Under the pieces are notes generated by a model, which saw nothing but the letters and a program-made list of their open reading frames with translations, did not search any database and had not been told where the DNA came from. 57,861 bases of DNA, taken from the IMG/VR virus record IMGVR_UViG_3300014169_000007, positions 1-57,861 of that record; one strand, given 5' to 3'. Shown here in pieces: positions 37,144 through 44,659 of this stretch. The stretch's first letter is position 1, and each line of letters opens with the position of its first letter. The DNA is from a virus (lineage: Duplodnaviria; Caudoviricetes). A program made the translations under genes and the position numbers.

Positions 37144-38148
37144 ATGAAAGTCGAAACGATCGCAGCCCCTTCTATTACCCAACCAACTGGCGCAAAGTCC
37201 GTAGCTCAGGTAAGTGCTCGAGATAGAGCTATACAGATGCTAACAGCGCAACAGTCACAGCAGGCTCCAGTTCAAAACCCAACAAACGTAGCACCGGAAG
37301 AAATGTCCGCTATTGTGCCTAAACAACAAGATTCCGGTCAATCCGCTAAAGATGAGAGCCAAGTTCCTGTTGCTAACGAAGCACCAAAAGCACCAGAAGA
37401 ACCTATTAGTTCTCAATACGCCGTTTTAGCGCGTAAAGATAAGGCCTTACGTCTTAGGGATCAACAGCTAAAGCAGAGAGAAACTGCTTTGCGTGCCCAA
37501 GAAGAGGCTTTAAAAGCTAAACCTCTCGCCCCCTCTATTGATGAATCCAAATACATATCAAGAGATAATCTTCTAAAGGATCCAATTAGAACTCTTTTAG
37601 ACATGGGCTTAACCTATGATCAATTGACGGAAGCCGCCGTAAACGGTCCAAGTCAAGAAAATATGTCTCTTCAGAATGAATTAAGAGCAATGAGAGAAGA
37701 ACTTAAAGCTCTAAAGGGTGAGACTGAGAATACTAAGAAAAGCTTTGAAGAGAATCAGAACTTACAACGACAACAGGCAGAAAAACAGATTAAGTCTGAT
37801 GTCTCCCGATTAGTTCAATTAGATCCTAGCTTCGAGATGATTAAAGCAACCGGAAGCGTTGGAGATGTAGTTGAATTGATTACGAAAACCTTTGATGAGG
37901 ACGGAATTCTTTTGACCGTTGAAGACGCCGCCGCTCAAGTTGAAGAGTATCTTGCTGAGGAAGCTATTAAACTTGCAAGACTTAACAAAATTCAACAGAA
38001 ATTGCAACCTAAAGTTGCTCCACAGAAGCCAACGAGTCAACCTCAGCAGCAACAAGTTAAAACTTTAACGTCTAATATGACTAATTCGAGACCTTTAAGT
38101 GCTAGGGATCGAGCTATATTAGCCGCTGAAGGAAAATTAAACAAATAA
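37144..38148 (+). CDS. Capsid scaffolding protein
   Basis: Q/E/K/A-rich coiled coil between portal and capsid; AGGAG SD. Confidence 0.7.
   Translation: MKVETIAAPSITQPTGAKSVAQVSARDRAIQMLTAQQSQQAPVQNPTNVAPEEMSAIVPKQQDSGQSAKDESQVPVANEAPKAPEEPISSQYAVLARKDKALRLRDQQLKQRETALRAQEEALKAKPLAPSIDESKYISRDNLLKDPIRTLLDMGLTYDQLTEAAVNGPSQENMSLQNELRAMREELKALKGETENTKKSFEENQNLQRQQAEKQIKSDVSRLVQLDPSFEMIKATGSVGDVVELITKTFDEDGILLTVEDAAAQVEEYLAEEAIKLARLNKIQQKLQPKVAPQKPTSQPQQQQVKTLTSNMTNSRPLSARDRAILAAEGKLNK
37336..37354 (+). promoter_or_regulatory. Putative late promoter (copy 2, inside the scaffold gene)
   Basis: GGTCAATCCGCTAAAGATG, upstream of the capsid gene. Confidence 0.5.
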
Positions 38149-38264
38149 TCGATAGCTTAAACATTACCCTAACATGGTGTTATGGTAGGTTATAGACTAT
38201 CAAATATTGACAAAGGATCATGACGTTCTAACCAACGTTATAACCAAAGTCTAAAGGATGACAC

Positions 38265-39548
38265 ATGAGTGCCGTATACGCAAACAGCGCTAACCAAATC
38301 GCAGCTCTTAAAGAACTGTACACCGATTCTTCAGAATACATGAAGGATCTAGTTTATAAGGAAAACCCTTTCTTGGCTCTTGTGCCCAAGAATGAAAGCC
38401 CAGATGGCTTTGCTGGTAAATATATTCCAGTACCAATCGAATTCGGCGTACCAGCAGGACGATCACACTCGTTCTCTAACGCTCAAAACCAACAGACAGC
38501 AGCTCAATTGGCTTCTTTCTTCGTGTATGTGATTTCAGACTATCAATTAGTCACAATCACAAACCTATTGATGGAACAGACCAAATCAAATGCTGGAGCC
38601 TTCGTCGATGCAGCTAAACTGCAAATGGACGGTGGATTCAGAATGATCACCAACAACATCGCTTTCGAATTGTTCGGTGACGGGTCTGCTACACGTGGTT
38701 TCATTGGATCTACAGTATCGACCTCTGCTCCTACGTACGTTATTACTCTTTCGAATGCTCAACAGATCGTTCAGTTCGAAGTTGGAATGACCTTAGTGAA
38801 CTTTGCAATCAGTGCAGGAATTATCTCCAGCATCAGCAGCAGCACTGCTTCAATCACCGCAGTGGACAGAACAAACGGAATTATCACCGTTCTTGCTTCT
38901 GCTACTGATTCTTCATGGGCTTCTGCAGGAAACGGACTCGGAGTATACGGGGACATCGTTGCAGGACCAGTCAGCACCGGAACGAACCTTGCATTATCAG
39001 GATTGGCCGCATGGCTTCCTACTTCTGCTCCTAGCAGCTCTGATAGCTTCTGGGGTGTGAACCGATCTGCAGACGTAACCCGTCTAGCTGGTATTCGATA
39101 CAATGCTCAATCATTGACCATCGAAGAAGGTATCACCAATGCTCTTGCAGTGTTAAACCGAGAAGGTGGAAAACCCGACCTTTGTATCCTGGACTTCGCT
39201 TCTTTCGCTGCTCTTGTGAACAGCTTAGGGGCTAAAGTTCAATACGTTCAAGTAAAACATGACGAAGTTGAAGTAGCTTTCGAAGGGATCACTTTCCAAT
39301 CTGCTTACGGACGAGTCACGATTCTTGCTGATCGTTCATGTCCTCCTCAGACCGCATACTTACTCACCATGTCTACATTCAAACTCCGCTCTTTAGGCAA
39401 AGTACCACATATTTTGACCTACGGAATGGAAGGGTTGGAAGGACTCAGGGTTGGAAATGCTGACGCTCTCGAGATACGTATTGGATACTACGGAAACCTC
39501 ATCTGCAGTGCTCCGGGCTGGAACGCCGTTGTTCAGTTATCTGCATAA
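38265..39548 (+). CDS. Major capsid protein
   Basis: 427 aa after the scaffold, followed by a terminator; codon usage visibly biased (TTC/ATC/AAC/GCT) as expected for a highly expressed gene. Confidence 0.8.
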   Translation: MSAVYANSANQIAALKELYTDSSEYMKDLVYKENPFLALVPKNESPDGFAGKYIPVPIEFGVPAGRSHSFSNAQNQQTAAQLASFFVYVISDYQLVTITNLLMEQTKSNAGAFVDAAKLQMDGGFRMITNNIAFELFGDGSATRGFIGSTVSTSAPTYVITLSNAQQIVQFEVGMTLVNFAISAGIISSISSSTASITAVDRTNGIITVLASATDSSWASAGNGLGVYGDIVAGPVSTGTNLALSGLAAWLPTSAPSSSDSFWGVNRSADVTRLAGIRYNAQSLTIEEGITNALAVLNREGGKPDLCILDFASFAALVNSLGAKVQYVQVKHDEVEVAFEGITFQSAYGRVTILADRSCPPQTAYLLTMSTFKLRSLGKVPHILTYGMEGLEGLRVGNADALEIRIGYYGNLICSAPGWNAVVQLSA

Positions 39549-39591
39549 TATCCAGACTTTGATTTAACAACATAAAATTATAGTAATTTTA

Positions 39592-39623
39592 GGGGCTAGG
39601 AATGAAAATTTCTAGCCCTTTTT
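39592..39623 (+). terminator. Intrinsic terminator after the capsid gene
   Basis: GGGCTAG-loop-CTAGCCC followed by TTTTT. Confidence 0.75.
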
Positions 39624-39858
39624 ATTGTATTGCATTTCAGGGTAGTTCTGGATAACCACCCTATGTATATCAAAGCTATCGAGTACTTAAAGAAATCAAA
39701 CAAGTAACTAGCAATCAACTAAAAGAATCCACAACTTAACTACAATCTTGTAAAGACTTGTAAACACCACCCAAAACACCACCCAATTATACCCGATTTG
39801 CATCCATTTTACTCAGTTTGTTACCGGTATAGTAACAAAACCCCAAACAAACAGACAA

Positions 39859-39887
39859 TTGACAATAATGGATAATCTTGGTATTTT
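39859..39887 (+). promoter_or_regulatory. Sigma70 promoter opening the accessory island
   Basis: TTGACA-17-TATTTT (TGn-extended); +1 falls on ATG 39894. Confidence 0.65.
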
Positions 39888-39893
39888 ATAACT

Positions 39894-40109
39894 ATGGAGG
39901 ACGGTATGAAATCATACATTATAGCAAGTGGTATAAGCAAAGGCGACGAATCTAGACCAGATTGGGAATGGCAAACTATTGATTTATTAGGTTTTATTGC
40001 TGAAAAACTTAAAGAAGATAGATTAACAGTTAAAAAAGAAGCGCGGTATAGACTTAAGTTTCATCAAATTGCACAAGTAGAATTGAAGCATCAGAAAAAG
40101 GCAGCGTAA
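39894..40109 (+). CDS. Hypothetical protein
   Basis: Start at either 39894 (leaderless) or 39906 (GGAGG SD); both are in frame. Confidence 0.6.
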   Translation: MEDGMKSYIIASGISKGDESRPDWEWQTIDLLGFIAEKLKEDRLTVKKEARYRLKFHQIAQVELKHQKKAA

Positions 40110-40110
40110 T

Positions 40111-40356
40111 ATGATCTTAAATGCCGATGATTATCGAGTTAACGCAAAACCAATAGAAATATTACTACGTGATAAAACTGAACAAGAGCGTTATGAGGCT
40201 ATAGGACCAATTGCCGTAGCATATGGTGTACCAATTATTATTGTATGTTGTTATGTCGGCGAGTTATATGGCTTTAGTCCCCGTCTACTTGACTTTATAG
40301 ATCGTCTAAAGGTATTCTATACGGTGACAGATATAAAAGGAGTTACATATGTATAA
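40111..40356 (+). CDS. Hypothetical protein
   Basis: 81 aa, tightly packed. Confidence 0.55.
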   Translation: MILNADDYRVNAKPIEILLRDKTEQERYEAIGPIAVAYGVPIIIVCCYVGELYGFSPRLLDFIDRLKVFYTVTDIKGVTYV

Positions 40357-40744
40357 ATTACTAATAGTATTATTACTCATTGCAGGTTGCGGTCCTCAAT
40401 ACATAATTGAAAAGGGTCCGCAAGGCGACCCAGGAGCCCCCGGTGCAACAGGAGCCACCGGTGCAACAGGAGCCACCGGAGCGACGGGTGCCCAAGGACC
40501 TCAAGGAATACCCGGTTTAAACGCCGCACCGACCACAGCAGTGCAATTCTGCCCCGGTTATACCCCCACCTATCCAACAACCTTCCCTGAGTCAGGATTG
40601 TGTGTTGGAGGCAATATATACGCTGTTTATTGGGATGGTACTAATGCATGGTTATCACTGATACCTCCGGGACACTATGCGTCAACTTCGACAACAGCTC
40701 CGTGTAACTTTACCGTAGTCGCCGGTTGCGTTATAAATAATTAG
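40349..40744 (+). CDS. Collagen-repeat lipoprotein
   Basis: Lipobox IAGC, a run of Gly-X-Y triplets (GPQGDPGAPGATGAT...), Cys-containing C-terminal domain; AAGGAG SD. Confidence 0.75.
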   Translation: MYKLLIVLLLIAGCGPQYIIEKGPQGDPGAPGATGATGATGATGATGAQGPQGIPGLNAAPTTAVQFCPGYTPTYPTTFPESGLCVGGNIYAVYWDGTNAWLSLIPPGHYASTSTTAPCNFTVVAGCVINN

Positions 40745-40798
40745 CTGACAGTAAATGAGGACTTTGGTGTTCTTTAATCAAGCGGACAAAGAATATGA
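40733..40798 (+). repeat. 66-bp direct repeat, copy A (weakened promoter/RBS cassette)
   Basis: 63 of 66 positions identical to 41490..41555. Confidence 0.95.
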
Positions 40799-41493
40799 AA
40801 AAATATAAGTTGAGACTAGATTTAAAACGGGAATTAGGATTAGTTACATTGTTTAGGATAGAAAGGTTATCTAACGGTGAATTGGGCGGATACATTGAAA
40901 GCGAGAAAAACCTAAGTCAGGTTGGCCACGCATGGGTATCCGGTAACGCATGGGTATCCGGTAACGCATGGGTATCCGGTAACGCATGGGTATCCGGTAA
41001 CGCATGGGTATCCGGTAACGCATTGATATCCGGTAACGTACGGGTATTCGGTAACGCATTGATATCCGGTAACGCATGGGTATTCGGTAACGCATTGATA
41101 TCCGGTAACGCACGGGTATTCGGCGATGCACAAGTATCCGGTAACGCACGGGTATTAGGCGATGCACAAGTATCCGGTAACGCACGGGTATTCGGTAACG
41201 CATTGATATCCGGTAACGCATGGGTATTCGGTAACGCATTGACATCCGGTAACGCACGAATCGAAAACATCAAAGAAATACTCAATATCACAATCGCTTT
41301 TAAATTCTCAATAACCATAACTCCAGACAATATCGTTATAGGTGACCACTTAAAGAAACGTTCGGAATGGTTGAAGGTAACTAAAGAAGAGGCAGAAGAG
41401 CTGGGTTTGACAGGTGAATTATATGAGATTTATAGATCGGCTATCAAATGGGGAATGAAGATGGTGCCAAAGAGAAAGCGGATTCAGAAATAA
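40795..41493 (+). CDS. Hexapeptide-repeat (left-handed beta-helix-like) protein
   Basis: N-terminal LFRI...GELGGYIESEKNLSQ, then 18 AxVxGN-type repeats. Confidence 0.8.
   Translation: MKKYKLRLDLKRELGLVTLFRIERLSNGELGGYIESEKNLSQVGHAWVSGNAWVSGNAWVSGNAWVSGNAWVSGNALISGNVRVFGNALISGNAWVFGNALISGNARVFGDAQVSGNARVLGDAQVSGNARVFGNALISGNAWVFGNALTSGNARIENIKEILNITIAFKFSITITPDNIVIGDHLKKRSEWLKVTKEEAEELGLTGELYEIYRSAIKWGMKMVPKRKRIQK
40930..41253 (+). repeat. 18-bp coding tandem repeat, 18 units
   Basis: Unit GCATGGGTATCCGGTAAC; the first five copies are identical. Confidence 0.95.
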
Positions 41494-41555
41494 ATAATTA
41501 GTTGACAGTAAATGAGGACTTTGGTATTCTTTAATCAAGAGGACAAAGAATATGA
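41490..41555 (+). repeat. 66-bp direct repeat, copy B (consensus sigma70 promoter plus RBS)
   Basis: TTGACA (41502)-17-TATTCT, TGn-extended, AGAGGA SD, ATG 41552. Confidence 0.95.
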
Positions 41556-41758
41556 GCGTACTAACACTAATAATCGTAGCATACATAATATACTTAATGG
41601 TCAAATCAGATCGTAAGAAGGCAGCAGTTGTAAGAGAACAAGCTAATGTTATCGTTGTAGAAGATTTAATTGCTAGTCGCCAAGCCTCAAGAGAACTAAA
41701 AGAGTTTTATGCTAGAGAAGCAGAATATGAAGCTTATAAGGCTTCGAAAGGAAAATAG
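41552..41758 (+). CDS. Small N-terminally anchored membrane protein
   Basis: MSVLTLIIVAYIIYLMV followed by a charged helix. Confidence 0.6.
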   Translation: MSVLTLIIVAYIIYLMVKSDRKKAAVVREQANVIVVEDLIASRQASRELKEFYAREAEYEAYKASKGK

Positions 41759-41759
41759 T

Positions 41760-42320
41760 ATGATTTGCCGTAACTGTAAAAACCCCGGAATCCGGAATGA
41801 AGTATTAGGAAAAGAATTCTATTACTGTCGTACTTGTAAGGAAGAAATAACCTTAGAACTTAAGGAAGAAGAAATGAGTCAAGAAATGCTTGATAAACTC
41901 TTCGATGACTGGCAGAAAAATCCAGCAGCTCAGTTTACAGTAGATAATAGCCAATGCTATACTAGAGATGCTAGCTATGTTGATATAACTTGGGTTGGTA
42001 AAGGACATACTACAAATTGCAATTGTAAAGACTGTGATGATACCGTCCAGGAGTTGCAATGGGCTTTAGGAAACCAGCTGAGTCTAGCGAATGAAATATC
42101 GTTTTGTACTGAGTTATGGCAATTTCTTGAAGTTCATGATAGAGAGAATTTAGCTTATATGTATTTAACTCCAGATGCAGAACAAGAGTCAGTTAGAGCA
42201 CAAGAATATAATTTATTGAATCTGGCTATGGCAAATATAATAACTGAGAATTTTACTGCCAATCTTGAGCTACTGTCTGTAATTTTAGACTTAAGAATGT
42301 CTTATATAAGAGAGGAATAA
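41760..42320 (+). CDS. Hypothetical protein with N-terminal zinc ribbon
   Basis: CRNC...CRTC; AAGGA SD before ATG 41760. Confidence 0.6.
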   Translation: MICRNCKNPGIRNEVLGKEFYYCRTCKEEITLELKEEEMSQEMLDKLFDDWQKNPAAQFTVDNSQCYTRDASYVDITWVGKGHTTNCNCKDCDDTVQELQWALGNQLSLANEISFCTELWQFLEVHDRENLAYMYLTPDAEQESVRAQEYNLLNLAMANIITENFTANLELLSVILDLRMSYIREE

Positions 42321-42322
42321 AT

Positions 42323-42550
42323 ATGATGTATCATTTAGGGAACAGATTTGTACTATCTAATATCGAGTGTGTTGTGTCCTTTATAGACTCACGAGGATAC
42401 GCTCACGTATCACCGGTAGAAGACGGAGATGAATACAGAGGTGATAAACTCTACAAAGGACTTGTATTCGCGGTGCTAGATCGAAAAGGGAAGGATTTGC
42501 ATGGAGAAAAAGCCATAGCACTACCCAATCTAGAATGCGGTGCTGTGTGA
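42323..42550 (+). CDS. Hypothetical protein
   Basis: GAGGA SD; 75 aa. Confidence 0.55.
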   Translation: MMYHLGNRFVLSNIECVVSFIDSRGYAHVSPVEDGDEYRGDKLYKGLVFAVLDRKGKDLHGEKAIALPNLECGAV

Positions 42551-42657
42551 CCTCTTACGTATTGATATTAATAAGTTTGGGTCTTATTATCGTTGCTTTT
42601 ATAATGTGGGATTAAGAGCATATTAAACGATTTAACTTGCTCACAAGGATATAATTT

Positions 42658-42900
42658 ATGTTATTGGTAATCGAGTGTACGTATTGTGGCTTTAAATGGG
42701 AAAAAAACGTGTATATGAGGGGAAGTCTAGATTCAGAGTGCTGTCCTAAATGCAAGGATAGAAACTTAAAGATTAAGGATAAAGAAGATTGCACAATAGA
42801 TACCTATAAAGGCTGCCCACCTTTTAAAAAAGAAGAAGAGGATGATAATATGGGAATTATTCATAATTATATTACTCTTGACAGTTTGGACCACTCTTGA
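42658..42900 (+). CDS. Zinc-ribbon protein
   Basis: CTYCG...CPKC. Confidence 0.55.
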   Translation: MLLVIECTYCGFKWEKNVYMRGSLDSECCPKCKDRNLKIKDKEDCTIDTYKGCPPFKKEEEDDNMGIIHNYITLDSLDHS

Positions 42901-42906
42901 TACGCT
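42878..42906 (+). promoter_or_regulatory. Sigma70 promoter for sRNA-2
   Basis: TTGACA-17-TACGCT with TGn extension. Confidence 0.65.
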
Positions 42907-42912
42907 TTAAGC

Positions 42913-43010
42913 ATAGAGGTTAGGTTCGGCGGGTTCCTTCCTACCAAAAGCGAGAACCCCCAAAGTTTGGCCCGCGTACCCCACAAGTTCCTTTCCTTGT
43001 GGGGTTTTAT
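42913..43010 (+). ncRNA. Putative small RNA 2 (or attenuator leader)
   Basis: GC-rich, no ORF; GGGTTC/GAACCC and GCGGG/CCCGC pairings; 10-bp terminator ACCCCACAAG/CTTGTGGGGT plus U tail; CU-rich loops. Confidence 0.55.
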
Positions 43011-43025
43011 ATTTGAGGAGTTATA

Positions 43026-43097
43026 ATGTCCTTATTTATTTTTATGGTAGTTTATTGGATTATTATAATCCTCAATGAACCTACAGACTTAGAATGA
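43026..43097 (+). CDS. Hydrophobic micro-protein (23 aa)
   Basis: GAGGAG SD; MSLFIFMVVYWIIIILNEPTDLE*. Confidence 0.5.
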   Translation: MSLFIFMVVYWIIIILNEPTDLE

Positions 43098-43109
43098 GTA
43101 AATTAATGG

Positions 43110-43138
43110 TTGACTATATTACGGTTTTATTAGATACT
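43110..43138 (+). promoter_or_regulatory. Sigma70 promoter, leaderless geometry
   Basis: TTGACT-17-GATACT, 6 nt to ATG 43145. Confidence 0.5.
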
Positions 43139-43144
43139 ATAAGT

Positions 43145-43306
43145 ATGAATAACGAAATTACTAAAAATAAAGCATATGTGGTAGGAAGACTTTTAACCGG
43201 CGAATACGTTGTAATCAATAGGTCAACGAAGAAAATTCAAAGTGCCTGGAAGAACCTTCAAGAAGCTAACGAAACTGCAAGTAGACTTAACAAGTTGTTT
43301 TCATAG
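43145..43306 (+). CDS. Hypothetical protein
   Basis: In frame with the track ORF at 43094; internal ATG sits at the predicted +1. Confidence 0.55.
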   Translation: MNNEITKNKAYVVGRLLTGEYVVINRSTKKIQSAWKNLQEANETASRLNKLFS

Positions 43307-43314
43307 GAGAATAT

Positions 43315-43407
43315 ATGAAAAGTAAACTAACAGATATAGCAGTAGCAGCAATAGTTTGGTCAATGGTATTAGCTACTCAGATACTTAATTGGCTAGTAAG
43401 AAGCTAA
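43315..43407 (+). CDS. Single-TM micro-protein (30 aa)
   Basis: AGGAG SD; MKSKLTDIAVAAIVWSMVLATQILNWLVRS*. Confidence 0.5.
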   Translation: MKSKLTDIAVAAIVWSMVLATQILNWLVRS

Positions 43408-43412
43408 TAAAT

Positions 43413-43431
43413 GGTCAATCCGCTAAATATG
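43413..43431 (+). promoter_or_regulatory. Putative late promoter (copy 3)
   Basis: GGTCAATCCGCTAAATATG, where structural genes resume after the accessory island. Confidence 0.7.
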
Positions 43432-43521
43432 TAAGCTGAGATGTCCTCAGACTACTCTAGACCAACCTTGCCGGTAGGAGGAGACTAGATAATGAAAACC
43501 GGAGTTAAATGAGTATCTTTC

Positions 43522-43914
43522 ATGACTAACGCTCGTAAAGCTGAATTACGAAAGCAATGGGGCTTAGCCAATCCTGAAAAGAAGAAACTTTCAGATCGTA
43601 AACAGTCTCTAAAAAAGAGATATAACATCACACTAGAACAATACAATGAACTATTTATTAAACAAAATGGTTTATGTGCTGGTTGTGATCTGCATGCCTC
43701 GCAGTTACGACGAAATTTATGTGTCGATCATGACCACTTTACAGGAAAAATTAGAGGTTTATTGTGTGATGATTGTAATATTATCTTGGGGCATGCGAAA
43801 GATGATATGAAAACGCTTCATCAATTAACATCTTATTTAGAAAACTCACAATCCGATTTGGCGGGTTATAATACCAAAGTAGTGGAAGTAAAATTCCCTA
43901 AGAAAGTTGGATAG
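43522..43914 (+). CDS. Endonuclease VII-type homing endonuclease
   Basis: Y.IT.EQY..L...Q.G.CA.C...LCVDHDH.TGKIRGLLC..CN..LG motif. Confidence 0.88.
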   Translation: MTNARKAELRKQWGLANPEKKKLSDRKQSLKKRYNITLEQYNELFIKQNGLCAGCDLHASQLRRNLCVDHDHFTGKIRGLLCDDCNIILGHAKDDMKTLHQLTSYLENSQSDLAGYNTKVVEVKFPKKVG

Positions 43915-44659
43915 TTATATCGCTAACAGAAACTTTGCAAACTCACGTATTTATACTGGACATGTTCAACCTGTCCTTTTAGATTGTAACTTTATTGTTG
44001 ATTCCACCAATGGAAATGGATTAGGAATTCGTTCTCTTAAAGGTCCGTATATTCAGAACGTATTTATGCATACTAGTGCTACTCCTGGTCTTGGAAATTC
44101 AAATCCGGCAACTCCTGGAATTGCTATCACCAATCCAAATCCAGCTCCTGGAACAATCGTAGTTCAGTTTCAAGATAGTTATAGCAGACTTTATACCGGT
44201 GGACATGCTATTGTATCTCCACTAGGGTCTAGCTTAAAAGTTGATGCTAGCGATGCCGCTTTAACCATTGGTGTGGCATATGTTATCACCGTTCTTGGTG
44301 ATGCGACTGCTGCTGACTGGTTAGCTTTGGGCGTTCCTTCAGGATTAACTCCTGCTGTTGGATTAGCTTTTATTGCTAAAGCTACGGGCCACGGCGTTGC
44401 ATCCATAAGCAGGGTTGCTCCTACAGCTGCTGCTGGTTCGGCAATCTTTGACATTGAAACAGTTGGCGACAGTAACCAGGCTTTAGCTCCTGCGCAACCG
44501 CTTTCGTTCCCACAAGGTTTTGGAGCTCAAATCATTCTTCAATGCCGTAATGCTAGCGGCGGAAGTGCTGCTTCTGCTATTGCTGCACCTGCTGATGGAT
44601 CTGTAATTACTTTGAGTTTCTTACTAAGCAACAGTTCAGTACTTGTTCAAGGTGAATAG
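43907..44659 (+). CDS. Putative capsid decoration/auxiliary virion protein (start codon uncertain)
   Basis: A/G/P/S-rich, late-operon position; no ATG at the N-terminus (TTG 43907 or ATC 43919). Confidence 0.6.
   Translation: MDSYIANRNFANSRIYTGHVQPVLLDCNFIVDSTNGNGLGIRSLKGPYIQNVFMHTSATPGLGNSNPATPGIAITNPNPAPGTIVVQFQDSYSRLYTGGHAIVSPLGSSLKVDASDAALTIGVAYVITVLGDATAADWLALGVPSGLTPAVGLAFIAKATGHGVASISRVAPTAAAGSAIFDIETVGDSNQALAPAQPLSFPQGFGAQIILQCRNASGGSAASAIAAPADGSVITLSFLLSNSSVLVQGE

Noticed and set aside
40871-41330. Minus-strand repeat ORFs (MRYRIP, CVTGYP, HALPDT)
   Set aside because: Shadows of the stop-free 18-bp repeat; only the + frame has an RBS and non-repeat flanking domains.
43431-43925. 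Group I intron around the EndoVII gene
   Set aside because: Non-coding flanks are under 100 nt, there are no convincing P4/P7 core elements, and the U/G junctions I tried after the SD-led ATG at 43509 do not restore the frame.
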